In this document: positions 14,901-28,651 of the stretch, piece after piece
How the letters are laid out: the number at the start of each line of letters is the position of its first letter
How positions within the stretch are numbered: the stretch's first letter is position 1
NCBI GenBank assembly: GCA_965113315.1
Contig: OZ220364.1
DNA length: 64,000 bases
Source: Podarcis vaucheri
Taxonomy: Eukaryota
Direction: 5' to 3' (one strand)
The notes under the pieces: model-generated
Database searches by the model: none
Told to the model about the DNA's origin: nothing
Seen by the model: only the letters and a program-made list of their open reading frames with translations
Made by a program: the position numbers and the translations under genes

Positions 14901-16981
14901 AGTAGAACCATCTAGATCAAGAAATGTTAACCAAAATTTTATTAGATTTTATAAGCTGTGTCAAAAGTTATGACAATTGCAAAGTCACAAAAAATTATAA
15001 TTACATTTAAAAACAATACGATCAAATACAGAATCAAGGACTAAAAATTATTGAGTTCATCTTACAATGAAGTGTTCACTTCAGCTATATATTCAGCTAT
15101 GTTTCATGCACAAAAATCTGCCTGATCTTTGCAGGACAGGCAAAATCTGGATATGATGTCAGGCTCTCATCTGTCCCGTGAATTTAGGTTTGTCTTTAAA
15201 GTTCAGCTTTCTTAAAAGTGAGCCAAGCAGTTCATTCCTGCAGTTCATTCATCACATTATAATATAGCAGATAAAATAACTGTAAAGTTTCAGTGCAGTA
15301 GAGATGTGACCACACTGTCTGCCTACAGGAAGTTGTAGAAACACTCTTCACACAAACCATTTGTCATTCATCCATACACACTGCCCAGGCTTGCGCCCCA
15401 GGGACGTCACTTCAATGCTGCTAATGCAGAGTTTGACTTCGCCCCTGGATATGTGCTGCATTGACTTGCGAGACTGATGGATGCCAACATGGAGAATGCT
15501 CTCATCCTGCACAGATGCAGGGAGGATATGTTGTCTGTAAGCACAAATATCTTCTTCCATAAGTTGGAGTGACTGCTGTGCCAATGACACACAGAATCCT
15601 GAACATCTTCGACATTATTAAAAAGCAAAAATTTGCTGAACATGATAAATATGCAGATCATAGATTTTAAGCTAATTAAGTTCATCCATTGTAACAGGAA
15701 CAAAGATAATGCAGGTATGTACCTTTCACACTGATTTTTTCTGTCACTTTTCGAGTGGCAGAAGCCATTTCCATGTAATTCAAAATTCACACCCACTTGT
15801 AGTATAAATTGTCTTGCTTTGTTAATTATGGGCGTGTGAATAGGCTCCATGAGAAGACCCTGATTTATAAACCAATGCCTCTGTGTAATCTCCAAAAGGA
15901 TGCAAGTCTGCCAGCAACTCCATAAGGAATTGTATGTTGACTTTCGTTGAACCATGACTGTTTCTGCGATTTGGGCTAAAAGTGAATCTGAATTGCTGCA
16001 GGCATTGCTTTGTCACATTAATACTGGTTCTTAACAACTACTCCAGTTCTTAATGATTGGTTCAAAAACTGATGCTAATATTTTGACCCCGCACATGGAG
16101 GTTGCAAAAATGCTTTCTAGTTTGATTTTGTCTTCTGTTGATCTCAGCACATCTGCGATGTGGGTCAGACAATTAAATCTTCACATGAAAGCTGTTGGAA
16201 AATGTATTTGCCAGTCACTTGTCAATTAGCTGGCTTAAACAAGTGAAGAATCTCCATGGTAGTTGCTCCGCAGGAAAATAAATTATCCAGTCACTGCTTT
16301 GCACCACCAGACTACTTTGTCAACCTATATTTGAATAGAAAATCAGGTTCTCAATCTTCCTGCAGTTTAATTAAAAGGAAGAAGAGGCCAAATGGCCTGA
16401 TAGGCTGCCTATTTATCTTGGCACTGAGCGCAGGGTCAAGTGCCTCCATTGGGCAGTTGTTCCCATGCCCAGGGGAACACCCACAAGGCCCTGCCACCAT
16501 TGGTCAATTTGGCAGCAGAGAACAATCCGGCCTGCCATATGCTGGTTCACAAGAGCCTATTGGGGCCTGCCTGCAAAGCCGCCCATGCCAGAAGGGCAAA
16601 CTGACTTTCTTTTCAATGCAAATTTCCATTATTATTTTTTGCTGTACTAACTGCCATTGATTATTGCTTTAGATTTGAAGAAATTAGAACATACACACTT
16701 CTTTTTATTAAAACAAAAACAAAAAACCCTGCCAAAACTTTTAAAGAAAGTTTGCACCTACAGGACCACTATAAGAAGGACTGCAACCTGATATTGTTAC
16801 TGTTGAAATTCCAAATTCAGTTCCTCTATCATTGGTGGGAAACCAAGTGTTCTCTTCCTACTCATCTTTTTGTCACAGCTCTTGAGTTCTTGGATAATGA
16901 AAGGCACTCTCAGTATTGCCTCTCATCTCCTTTCGCTCAGTTCCTGCAGCCAAAGAGGCAGAAGAGTTCATAGGCTGATAA

Positions 16982-17200
16982 CACTGCATAACAATTTTTG
17001 ACAAAAGTCATGCCTCTGAGATAAAAGTAGCCATTTCTTATAGATTTTGAGGTGCTGAATACGAATATGACAATGAAAACGCAAAATCGGCTACAGTTTC
17101 TTAGAGATCTGCAATCATTTGTTATAATTTGAGTATGACTATATGCTACTAAAACAGTAGCTGTTTGAGAAACGTGAGTTATTTGGCTTGAATACTATCT
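16982..17200 (+). mobile_element. DNA transposon terminus, possibly Chapaev3-like
   Basis: taa-CACTG start and a subterminal ttttgaggtgctgaatacgaatatgac motif; no matching other end found; family call from memory. Confidence 0.35.
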
Positions 17201-18503
17201 AACTGAAGAAGCAATACATTGGATAGTGGATATGGAAGATATGGAAAGAGGGCAGGTGAAAGGTAAAAAAAATGTGCTTGAAAAAACCCAACCACCAGTT
17301 AACAACTAGAAGATTTGAAAGGCTACAAAGAAAATGTTGTCCTGCCCTGTCAGGCACATACACATTAATAGTCAGCCCAGTGTTGAATATATATCTATGA
17401 ACAATCTGGATTTCATCTGCTTACCTGAAGCCCAGTATTGTTTGCTCACTTACTTTGATTGGAAGTGGCTTTTTGAGGTCTTAGGCAGAAGTTTCCCCCC
17501 ATCATCTGCTTCCTCATCCTTTTAACTGCATATGCATGTGAATGAATTTGGGACATTCTATGTACAAAGCATATACTCCACCACTGACCTATATCCTGTC
17601 ACCTGGAACAGTCGAAAGCTAAAGCCTGTGAGTACCAACAAACTATACTGTATTGCCATACTTGCTAAGGTGCTGGTACAGATGGGAGGCCCTCCACACA
17701 AATTAATTATGCTGTGACAGTCATAGTAACTGCCGTTTGCTGCACACAAATGTCAAAAAGGAGCATTGCAGGGAGTTGGGTCCCTTCCAACTCTACAATT
17801 CTATAAGAATATGCAAAGTTGCAGTAAATCAAGTCTATCTAGCCTATCTATCTAATGCCTTTCCCAGCTTTTGTTTCCTGAGACCCTTCAACCAGAGATG
17901 CCAGAGATTGAATCCAAGACCTTCAAACAATTTGTTGTACTACTAAGCTAAGCCCTTTTTCCCACCTAGAGGGAAAGTCATCCTTGGTATCTAACTACTT
18001 TCATGCCTCAGTTAATTGTGACAACACCAGGATAAGAAAAACAACAACTCAACTAACTACATGCTGGTCAGAGAAGAATAAAATTCCTTAGGAGGAATTT
18101 GAAGAGACTTGGTGGTATTGCAGTTAGGGTGCAGGCTGCATTCACAGAATACCTCTTGCATTTTGCTATTCTTCAGACAGGAGGCACAAGTGACCATGTT
18201 TTGAAAAAGCCACCACTATGCTAACTTCTCAATGAAATATTGAAATCTAGTCCTAAGTTGTGGAGAGTCACAGGAAGATATGGAACCATTGTGAGTCCAC
18301 ACTGCAGTCCATGCCTCCTGTCATGGGATGATTTGCAATGATCATGTTATGGTTGGAGAAGAGCAGCACACTGATGAATCGTTTCTGAATGGGGGCAAAA
18401 ATCGAATTAGCCTTGATGCAGATGGAGTTGTTAAAAGTGGTTATTGGCAGTATTAGGCTCATCATGTAAGGCCAAGCAATTAGGTAGGGCGGGGTAAAAA
18501 ATC

Positions 18504-18604
18504 TAGTACCCTCCAGATGTTTTTGGACTATGGTTCCCATCATCCCTGACTATTAGCAATGCTGCCTTGGGGAGTTGTAGCCCAAAAACATCTGGAGGGT
18601 ACTA
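18504..18604. mobile_element. Short palindromic squamate MITE-like repeat (further copies ~24030, 32015, 34095, 39525, 41010, 48395, 61835)
   Basis: tagtaccctccagatgtttttgg...ccaaaaacatctggagggtacta inverted arms; same family recurs about 8 times in the window. Confidence 0.8.
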
Positions 18605-20413
18605 CATTGACTAGCTTTGGTGTAGGAAAGCTTTGTTTGTACCATGTTGACTTTTTACATAAGGAAACGCACATAGCTACCTGTGCCTTAGACCCTGGTA
18701 AGGCATCTGGTTTCAAAGGAGACTGTATGCAGGGGCTTGCACTGGGTGTCAGGAATCCCAGGTTAGCATAGACTTGGTGAAAGGAGAATGAAGAGATGGG
18801 AGAAGGAATGTGGTGTGTGGAGCTCAAGGTAAATGAACTTTAGGCTAGAGGCCTTGGTGTCAAGACTCATAGGCCTCATTCCTAGCTGTGCCATTTCCAT
18901 ATCTGTGCTTTACATCCCAGCTTTACAAAACCCTTTGAGTAAAAATATTGTTTTCAGTGCAATACACTATAATAATCTCTCTCCTCTGTAATGGCCCACT
19001 CCTCTGTAAATCTTCCATGTCCTTCCCATTCGCTACCATTGTCCATACATCCCTTGGTTCATTCAACCATGACATCAGCTGTCCAGAAAGCCAGAGAGAG
19101 ATAAATTTGTTCTGCAGTTCCCTTACATATTTGTGGGGAAGAGAATTGGGATTTCTGACTGCCCTATCTGCCCTGGTAAATAATTGCTGCCTGTATCCAT
19201 CTACCCCCACCATTATCCCTTATTCACTGTTGCTGTCCCTAATCATACAGAGATCCCAGGGTTTATTCTGCATGAGACAGCAATCCAAGGGACCCAATTC
19301 TCCGACAGAATTGGCATTTTCATAATCATTAGCCTACATACACTATGGCTAACATGATTTGGCTCTTTCATCTCCCTTACTGTTGCAATCCATGCTTGCT
19401 CCAGTGCATGGAAAAGCTAGGGTGCTGTCCCCAAATAAGCGCACTGTGAATTCTGTGCCATTGAAACACACACACATGCACACATACAGAAATTCAAATT
19501 CAGTAAGCAGAAACTACAAGCTATAAGTGATTTTTTAAATGAACAATACAAATGTGTATGAATATTTCTATAACATTATGTTTTTGTTTTGATTGGCATT
19601 GAGATATTTTGGGTCACTACAAGAAATGCTTCAGGGAATTGAATGCAGCAAAACAATAGGGGGAAAGTGGGTATAGAATGACTCTGGAAGAAGGGCATGT
19701 GGCATGGGAGTGGGGAGGAGGGAAGCCACAAGCAACTGCTACACTCAGGCCTAATATCACAGTTTGTGATATAATAATAGCTGCAGTGTGGTAACATTTG
19801 AAGGAAGACAATTCTGTGGGTGGAGGCAGCAAGGTAGTTTACAAACCCATAACAGTTCTGCAGGTCCTGGGACAGGTCACTGCTCCTATGGGAGGTAACT
19901 ATGCTGCTGGCCCCAGCCACATGAATCCATTGTTACTAGAGGTCAGCCATGCTGTAGCACTTCCTATGCCATTCATAAAAGCAAAGTAACACTCAGGGTT
20001 TACCCACAGTTATATTTCCTCTACTTCTTCCAGGCACAGTCTGCGCTTTAAAACACCACATTCAAGTGCTCTCTCTTTTTTTGCCCCATCGCATTCCTTG
20101 CAAAAACCCACTCTCTAAAGCTCAATCAGAGCAAACAGCAATCTGCTGGGAAACCCAAATTGATGCTTGCTCCGATTGGGTTCTGAAGAGCAGGTTTTCA
20201 CAGGGAAAGCTTCAAGGGGGGCGGAGATCCAACAACTCTTGGACGTGGAGCTTTTGAGTGCAAACTGTCTGGAAAGAGCAGGAGAAATGGTAGCTGTGGA
20301 TAAGCCCCCAGTCTTGTAGACTGCCAGAATCCTGGGGTATCCACTGAGGGTTTATCCACACTTTCTCTTGTCCTGCTGCTTTCCTCCAAGGAAAACTGCT
20401 CTTTAGGGCTCAA

Positions 20414-20970
20414 GTTGCCTCTTGCTTGGACTACTGCAATGCGCTCTACGTGGGGCTACCTTTGAAGGTGACCCAGAAACTACAACTAATCTAGAATGCG
20501 GCAGCTAGACTGGTGACTGGGAGCGGCCGCTGAGACTACATAACACTGGTCTTGAAAGACCTACATTGGCTCCCAGTACGTTTCCGAGCACAATTCAAAG
20601 TGTTGGTGCTGACCTTTAAAGCCCTAAACGGCCTCGGTCCAGTATACCGGAAGGAGCGTCTCCACCCCCATCATTCTGCCAGGACACTGAGGTCCAGCGC
20701 CGAGGGCCTTCTAGCAGTTCCCTCACTGCAAGAAGCCAAGTTACAGGGAACCAGACAGAGGGCCTTCTCGGTAGTGGCACCCGCCCTGTGGAATGTCCTT
20801 CCACCAGATGTCAAAGAGAAAAACAACTACCAAACTTTTAGAAGACATCTGAAGGCAGCCCTGTTTAGGGAAGCTTTTAATGTTTAATAGACTATTGTAT
20901 TTTAATATTTTGTTGGAAGCTGCCCAGATGGGCGGGGTATAAATAATAAATTATTATGATTATATTATAA
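20414..20970 (+). mobile_element. 5'-truncated, relatively young L2 LINE 3' end
   Basis: LDYCNALYVGLPLKVTQKLQLI.NAAARLVTG...LKDLHWLPVRFRAQFKVLVLTFKALNGLGP (ORF 20552-20887); CpGs retained; (TTA)-rich tail. Confidence 0.88.
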
Positions 20971-22961
20971 TCAGAGGTAATAACAATTCAGGTTCCCCCC
21001 AAATTGCCATTTGTTCCAATCTATCACTAAAGAGCATGTTTTCCCTTGGAAAGGAACAGGGCAAGGGAAAACTTCTTGGACCCATGCTTTCTAGGCACGG
21101 CACAAGTGGAAAAGTCGACAAGCCCTGAGTGAGGCAGTCACCAAGAGGTGTGGCTATTGAGTTCTGGTTGCAAAGCAAAAATATAATTTCTACAACTACT
21201 GTTAAACTTTTGGTCAACTGCCAAAAAGTCCAGAGAGTCCATCCCCAGTCCTCTGTGAATTCTGAATGCAATGCAAAAGGAAGGTCTAAGGGATGAGAAG
21301 GAAAATAAGGTTGCTTCATCTTGTTTTATGAGGTGCCTCACCTTTGGGATCCACAACAGATCCTGCATATGGCCCAAAAGAAAGGCTTGACTCTGCAAGA
21401 TCTTCTGACAGGTTGAATTAAGTTATGTGACAGAAATGGATTTGATGCACAGGCCATGTGCCTTGTTCATGGACAGCTCAGGAACACAAGGTAATGTGAG
21501 GGCACAGGCAGCATTCTTACCAAATTGCCAAAGAGGAGGAAATTCTGAGTACCCAAGTACGAAGCACTGAGGAAGATCTGTTCAGTCTAATGCAGGCTGC
21601 TCTCCCAAGATTTACAGGTTTTCTGGACATCAGATTCCTGAGGGATCTTCCTACTTAATGTGTCATCATCATTATCATCACCATCATCTATATGTGTGTC
21701 TCCCTCTTTCTTTCTCCTCTTCCTTCAGAGTTTTTGATCTCATCTGTCATTCTGTGCACCTCTGTTCAGTGACATCCACTTAATGAACCCCAAGGACCCT
21801 GACCGTCTAACCCCCATTTCCATTGGTCCTATCTCAGCTAATGCACTAGCTGGTCAAGCCCCACCCTGAGCATCTTGTGTGATCTCCAGCCCACAGCCTT
21901 GGCTCAGGAATGGCACATGGCCCATAGTCTGTCAATTTCATTTCTTTCTTTTCTACCTTAAGGATGCACCCATTTTTTGCACCAAGAGCCCACAATCCGG
22001 ATCTCTCCCTTAGAGCAATCTATACCAGAGCTATGAATGAGTCTCAACGTGTTCTCTGTGCATGCTTTTGCACTGTGCTGCATGCTGCATGCTCTTTTTG
22101 CATGCTCTAGTCTTGCGCATTTGATGAAACCTGTTCTGTTGAATGTTTGTGTGCATTCTCCTTGGACCCCGTCCCTTTACCACTGCTGTCTACTGCTGTC
22201 TTGGATAGTTGGGATTTTATTTGGGTTTTTCCTTTGTTTTACACTTTTTTACTTTTATATAGACAATGAGCTCTTTGGGGAGAACTCTGTGTAAGTTTGG
22301 AAGAGGACCTTAAAAGGGATACATTCTGGAGAGGAGAGATTACATCATGAGAGACTTAGTTGGATAGGACACATTGGACTCATCTACAGCTAGGGGATGA
22401 GAGTAGCTCTAGTGACCCAAGCTAGGAGTCTAGAATATTCCTATTTCTGAAAACTGATTGGGATACAGTGGGCTAGAACAGAAGCCAGGAAACTGCCTCC
22501 AAGTCTAATGCAGACAATAGAAGGGTCTCCTTGCAGAGGTCTTCAGACTACAGTCATCTCTGGCTAAAGTCATTGGCAAAAACCCAGTAGATAATCTTGC
22601 AGAATGTTTAAGGTAAATCTCAGTGAGATGAATTTCTAAGCAACACGTTTAGGAGTGCAACCAGGTCCATACAGTTATTATGTGGGGGGGTTTCCAGGCC
22701 CATCTTCTAGTAGCTGATGTGGAATCCACATACCAGTATCTGAAAGCAGTTGGGTGAAAGCAAAATAAGGTGTGATAAGAGCCGAGTATCCAGATATTAA
22801 CATATTGCAACTGGGCTCTGGTCCTCATGATACTGGGTGGGAAGTGAGGTTAATCCATGAGTAGAAGGATTTGATGCAAGACAAAGTTATTGAACTCAGA
22901 GTTCTCCCCAGAGCTCATATACTCCTCTGTGCATGATAACCTGGGTGGTAGGGAGTTGTGA

Positions 22962-23102
<141 letters not shown>

Positions 23103-23259
23103 TGACACCACCATAAACACAGCAAGAGAGAGCAGTTTCTTTCCTGACAGATTAGAGAATTCTGGGAAATTAAATTACATATTGGAAAGCAAAGCCTGGG
23201 AAAAGTTTTCAATTAGCAATAATTTTGCCTCAGATTAACCTCATTAGCTACACTACTAT

Positions 23260-23537
23260 GGTAAAGGTAAAGGGACCCCTGACCATTAGGTCCAGTCGTG
23301 GCCGACTTTGGGGTTGCGACGCTCATCTCGCTTTATTGGCTGAGGGAGCTGTTTACCTTCCCGCCGGAGCAGTACCTATTTATCTACTTGCACTTTGACG
23401 TGCTTTCGAACTGCTATGTTGGCAGGAGTAGGGACTGAGCAACGGGAGCTCACCCTGTCGCGGGGATTCGAACCGCCCACCTTCTGATCGGCAAGTCCTA
23501 GGTTCTGTGGTTTAACCCACAGCGCCACCCGCGTCCC
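23260..23537 (-). mobile_element. Sauria/Squam1-type tRNA-derived SINE
   Basis: Minus strand: GGGACGCGGGTGGCGCTGTGG (A box), GGTTCGAATCC (B box), (ACCTTT)n tail; TSD tagctacactactat (23245-23259) / tagctacactcctac (23539-23553). Confidence 0.88.
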
Positions 23538-24366
23538 GTAGCTACACTCCTACCACTGCACAATTATAGTACCTGCTAGTTCTTTTATATAGATGATACA
23601 TTGCACAGAAATATGTATGCAAATGCCTATAGGAGAAACAAGGCTCCCTGGACCAGATATTCCCCAGGAAGGAGTAGTAAGGGGTAGGCATTTTGCCTCT
23701 TAAATTGGTCAAACATCCCAGTACCAGCCTATGCATGAAGAAAGAAGTTATGTTAAAGACCCATCAGAAGAGTGATGCTGCCTTTAAAACCAATGAACAT
23801 TTCACTGTAGAGGTTTACACAGGATGAAATGTACTTGTCATTATTAAAAGCTCCAAGGCCCCTTTTCTGACTCTCTTGGGTTGGAGATCTTTCTGGTTAT
23901 TTTGCCATAGTAGTTTGTCTGCTTGCCCCCCACAGGTGAGGTCAGGGAGCACAGACACCTCCCATGGAGCAGAATGCCTCAGGGTGCAGTCCACATCTTT
24001 CAGGAAGACTTCTCCCAAAGTGTAGATAAGGGTTGCAGAACCTGTGGCCTTCCAGATGCTGCTGGACTCTGACTCAGCTTCAGCCAATATGGCCAATGGT
24101 CAGGGGTGATGGGAGTTGTAGTCCAGCAACATATGGAGGGCCTCAGGTTCCTCATCTCTGATCTACATGTCATCTTACTGAGTGGTATGGAAAGCACCCT
24201 GACCAAAAAAAATAATGATGATGATGTAGAATAGAACTTTAGAATGTTAAGGAGAAAACTGTTCCTGGAAATGTTGAGGGCAGCAATGGTCAAACACACC
24301 AACTAACACCTACAATGTGAAGTGTGACTCATTCAACTCTGATATAGAGTGGCTGTAACAGCAACG

Positions 24367-24577
24367 GGGCACATCCATTCCGTACATTTAAAGCACATCC
24401 AATGCACATTTAAAGTACACGACTTCCCCCAGAGAATCCGGGGAACTGTAGTTTGTTAAGGCTGCCAGGAATCGTACCTCTGTAAGGGAAAACTACAGTT
24501 CCCAGGAATCCTTGAGGGAAGTCATATGCTTTAAATGTGCATTGAATATACTTTAAAGGTATGGTGTGGATCTGCCC
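24367..24577. mobile_element. Fully palindromic MITE (PIF/Harbinger-like ends)
   Basis: gggcacatcca...tggatctgccc termini; long inverted arms (aatgcacatttaaag/ctttaaatgtgcatt, gggaactgtagttt/aaactacagttccc). Confidence 0.75.
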
Positions 24578-24580
24578 TAA

Positions 24581-24911
<331 letters not shown>

Positions 24912-26520
24912 ATTCATTCTGTCCACGCTGAGTTCATGCATATACTCACTTCTTTATGGAAATAACTTTATGGAAATTACTGTTGCAATGTCATCTTGGC
25001 AATGGAGAGAACTGTGTTATTTCCACATGGATAGTCTCACAGGGAACACAATGGTAAAGCAGCACTCAGCAGGACTGAACCATCCTCATCAGCTGTCACC
25101 CAGTGATGTCAGCTGATAGACAGATGGGCATGGTTTGGGGAAAACAGCCTCGTGGATAAACTTAGATCCCATGGTGGGACAAGAGTTCCTCATGGTCCAG
25201 ACGTTCCCCACCCCACCCCACTGTAAAAGATCAAGTGCATAGTCAGAAGTTACTCTGTAATGCCACCTTGTCACTGAAGGCTGAGGTAGTGGTTATTGGC
25301 AGCTATGGCTGATTCATCACATATGGCCATGTCTGGACAGGGATAGCCTGGCCACACTAATTCACACCCTAGTAGCTTCCTGGTTTAACTACTGTAAATG
25401 TATTTACCTGACATCAGAACCTGCTCTGCGCTGATACCTGTCTGATCTCGAGAAAAGTCCTCCAGAGTTGTGGTGCTGTGATCTAGAGCATCTATCTCCA
25501 AGTTTCAGTCAATCAGGTATCCATTAATGGTGCTACTACCAACACAGCCTCCCTGATACATCTCAGCATATGGGCAGGACAATATTGGGAGAGATGCTCT
25601 TTTAGTTAATTCGGGCCCAAGCCACTCAGAGCTTTATATGTCAAAGTCAACTGTCTGAACTGGGCTTGGTGACATATAGCCAATGAAGATGCTTTAAAAA
25701 ACTATCATTCTGAACTAGTGACAATCTTTGAACTGTGTTCAGGAGTTGCCCTATGTAAAGTGCATTCTCTTTAATTAGCCTTCAGACAGCAGGTGTTTTC
25801 AGGTAAAGGAACTTGTATATTGTGATTTTTTGTTAATTTTACTTTTTGAAAGTCTTAAATTGTTATTAATTATTATTGATTATTTGTTGTTTCACCTTTT
25901 TTAAACCACTTTGAGGTTTTTTACAATCAAGTGGTATATAAATTTTATAAAATAAAAAATAATATTGATTAATTATTTTATACACACACACATATACACA
26001 CATACACTTATCTGCATTGTTGTTGTGTACTTTGATTTTATTGGAACCTGCCCTGAGGCCACATGGTAAAGGGTAGAATAAAAATTCCGCAAATAAATAA
26101 ATAAATCCCTTTCCTATTATTTTATTACAGAGGAGAAAGACCTGTTCTAAAATATGCCTTCTTGAAAAGGCTCCTCCTTTCAGACTATTACCCTCCAACT
26201 TGTGGAGGGTGATGAGAATGATTGCAAGAGGGTAGAGCTAATGCACTTACCTATATGCCCCTTGTGTTTACTTTGCCAAAAGAGGTCTAATGAGGCCATG
26301 TTCAACTCTCCATGTGGTGTCTGAGACTAGCAATTTAAATTTGGTAACTTACCCTCAGATGTCTACCTGAGCTGCAACTGCAAAACCCATGAAGGAATTA
26401 ACAATTTTACATGCAGACACACATAGACTTACAGTGATGGCACCCCACCAGCCAAGAAATCTCAGCCCAAACTGAAGGCAGAGTTCGCCTTTAGAAAAAC
26501 CTAAGGAAAAAATAAGCTGA

Positions 26521-26748
<228 letters not shown>

Positions 26749-26760
26749 TGAACTAATGTA

Positions 26761-27000
26761 CAGTGGTATCTCGGGTTACATACGCTTCAGGTTACAGACA
26801 CTTCAGGTTACAGATTCCGCTAACCCAGAAATAGTACCTCGGGTTAAGAACTTTGCTTCAGGATGAGAACACAAATCGCACAGCAGTGGCACGGCAGCAG
26901 TGGGAGGCCCCATTAGCTAAAGTTTCTTCAGGTTAAAAACAGTTTCAGGTTAAGAACAGACCTCCGGAACGAATTAAGTACTTAACCCGAGGTACCACTG
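26761..27000. mobile_element. Tc1/mariner (Tigger-like) MITE, family A copy 1
   Basis: TA-cagtggtatctcgggtta...taacccgaggtaccactg-TA; TIRs and TA TSD. Confidence 0.9.
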
Positions 27001-27610
27001 TATTTTAAGGGGGGACGAGGGATGTATGATACTGTATTTGTGCAGTTGTGTGTGTGTGCAGTCATGCAGATGTACATGTGCCAAATAATTTTGATGCAAT
27101 GTGCATCAAAGGCAGGGTTGGAGGAGAATCTTGAGATGCCTTCTTGGAATTGTGAAGGAACTGGAGCTAAGTAAAATCGGGGGGGGGGACTCCCTGGCAA
27201 GGAGGAAATACTCAAACTTCAGTGCCGGTTCTTAAGTACAAGTTCTTATAATGCCCAATTCAAGGCAAGGAAGAGCCAATGGTTGCTAGACTCTCAGCTG
27301 CATCAGTGGAGTGGCCCTAGAATTCCTCTCTCCCCACCTTCCCTGCTACAGCCTGATGAAATGACTGCTGCCAATTGACAGTTGATAGAGGGAAGAGCCT
27401 GGCTTTTCAGTAAAGCCAATAGGCAATGTGTCAGTCTGTGAGCAAGGTTTCACTCACAGTTCAAAGCATGCAGGGATTGTCTTGTCACTGACAGCTTTTC
27501 AAATGGTCTGAACTTTTACTCGAGGAAAAGAAGCTATTTAATAGCTGCATGTATTTTCCAACAGATATCTAAAAATACCAACTTGTGCATCATTCTGTGC
27601 TTTCCTGTAG

Positions 27611-27720
27611 AATCGGACACCACTTATGTTCCAGCGCATGGATCTAGCATCCCCATCCCAGGAAGGTGGCCCAGGACAGAATGCTCTCCCTTCCTCACAA
27701 CTGGATCAAGGGGATGGAAC
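27611..27720 (+). CDS. CACNA1A: CACNA1A exon 41
   Basis: 110 nt, tag| and |gtgagt; [36 protein letters not shown](T). Confidence 0.94.
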
Positions 27721-27809
27721 GTGAGTCTTAATCAATATAGCTTTCAGACCTGCTATATTCAAAAAGACATCTCAGAAACAGAATGTGCAGAATCAGGCAC
27801 CTTGTAGAA

Positions 27810-28060
27810 CATAGGTAGGCAAACTAAGGCCCGGGGGCCGGATCTGACCCAATCGCCTTCTAAATCCGGCCCGCAGATGGTCTGGGAATCAGTGTGCTTT
27901 TACATGAGTAGAATGTGTGCTTTTATTTAAAATGCATCTCTGGGTTATTTGTGGGCCATAGGAATTTGTTCACACACACCCAAAAAAAATGGTCCGGCCC
28001 CCCCACAAGGTCTGAGGGACAGTGGACCGGCCCCCTGCTGAAAAAATTTGCTGGCGCCTG
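27810..28060. mobile_element. Non-autonomous hAT (Charlie-like) element
   Basis: Perfect 8-bp TSD ttgtagaa (27802-27809, 28061-28068); ends cataggtaggcaaact / aatttgctggcgcctg; ggccc subterminal repeats. Confidence 0.85.
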
Positions 28061-28512
28061 TTGTAGAACCATCATCATAGATTACTAGAAACCCTCACAA
28101 TGATTATCACATCAATAAATATAACAGGAGTCTTCAGCCCAGAAACACTACAGTGTATTTTTATAGATATTTTCTGCTTTAGATGTTTGCATACAAGCCT
28201 TTACTAAATATTCTCAAGGGAGTTTATGTCTCTGGTTTTCAGTATGTCAACTTGAGTGGGGGGTTTTCCTGATTTGGTTCTGTATATGATTGATCCCTGC
28301 TGTATGCTTTCCAGGTACTGTATAAGAGTTCCTGAAACTACCAGATTCTGGCTGTGTTTACTTAGCTGGGAAATTCTAGGGTTTTGAATAGCAGGGAACC
28401 TGACAAGGCAGCTATTGTAGCTATTTCCACAACACTAATGATTCTGTGTCATCAGACTCTGTTTGTGACTGTGCAGCAACTTGTTATAGTCTGACTATTC
28501 TTTCTGCTCCAG

Positions 28513-28651
28513 GACCATGCAGGAAGGAGGAATGAAAGAAAGTGAATCCTGGGTCACACAACGAGCGCAAGAAATGTTCCAGAAGACAGGAACCTGGAGC
28601 CCAGAGCCAGGGCGCCCGGAAGAGATACCCAATAGCCGGACCAATTCCCAG
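28513..28651 (+). CDS. CACNA1A: CACNA1A exon 42 (CBD region)
   Basis: 139 nt, cag| and |gtggtt; [46 protein letters not shown]. Confidence 0.95.

Noticed and set aside
18890-19450. Possible LINE endonuclease relic on the minus strand
   Set aside because: Motif similarity is too weak to support without a database search
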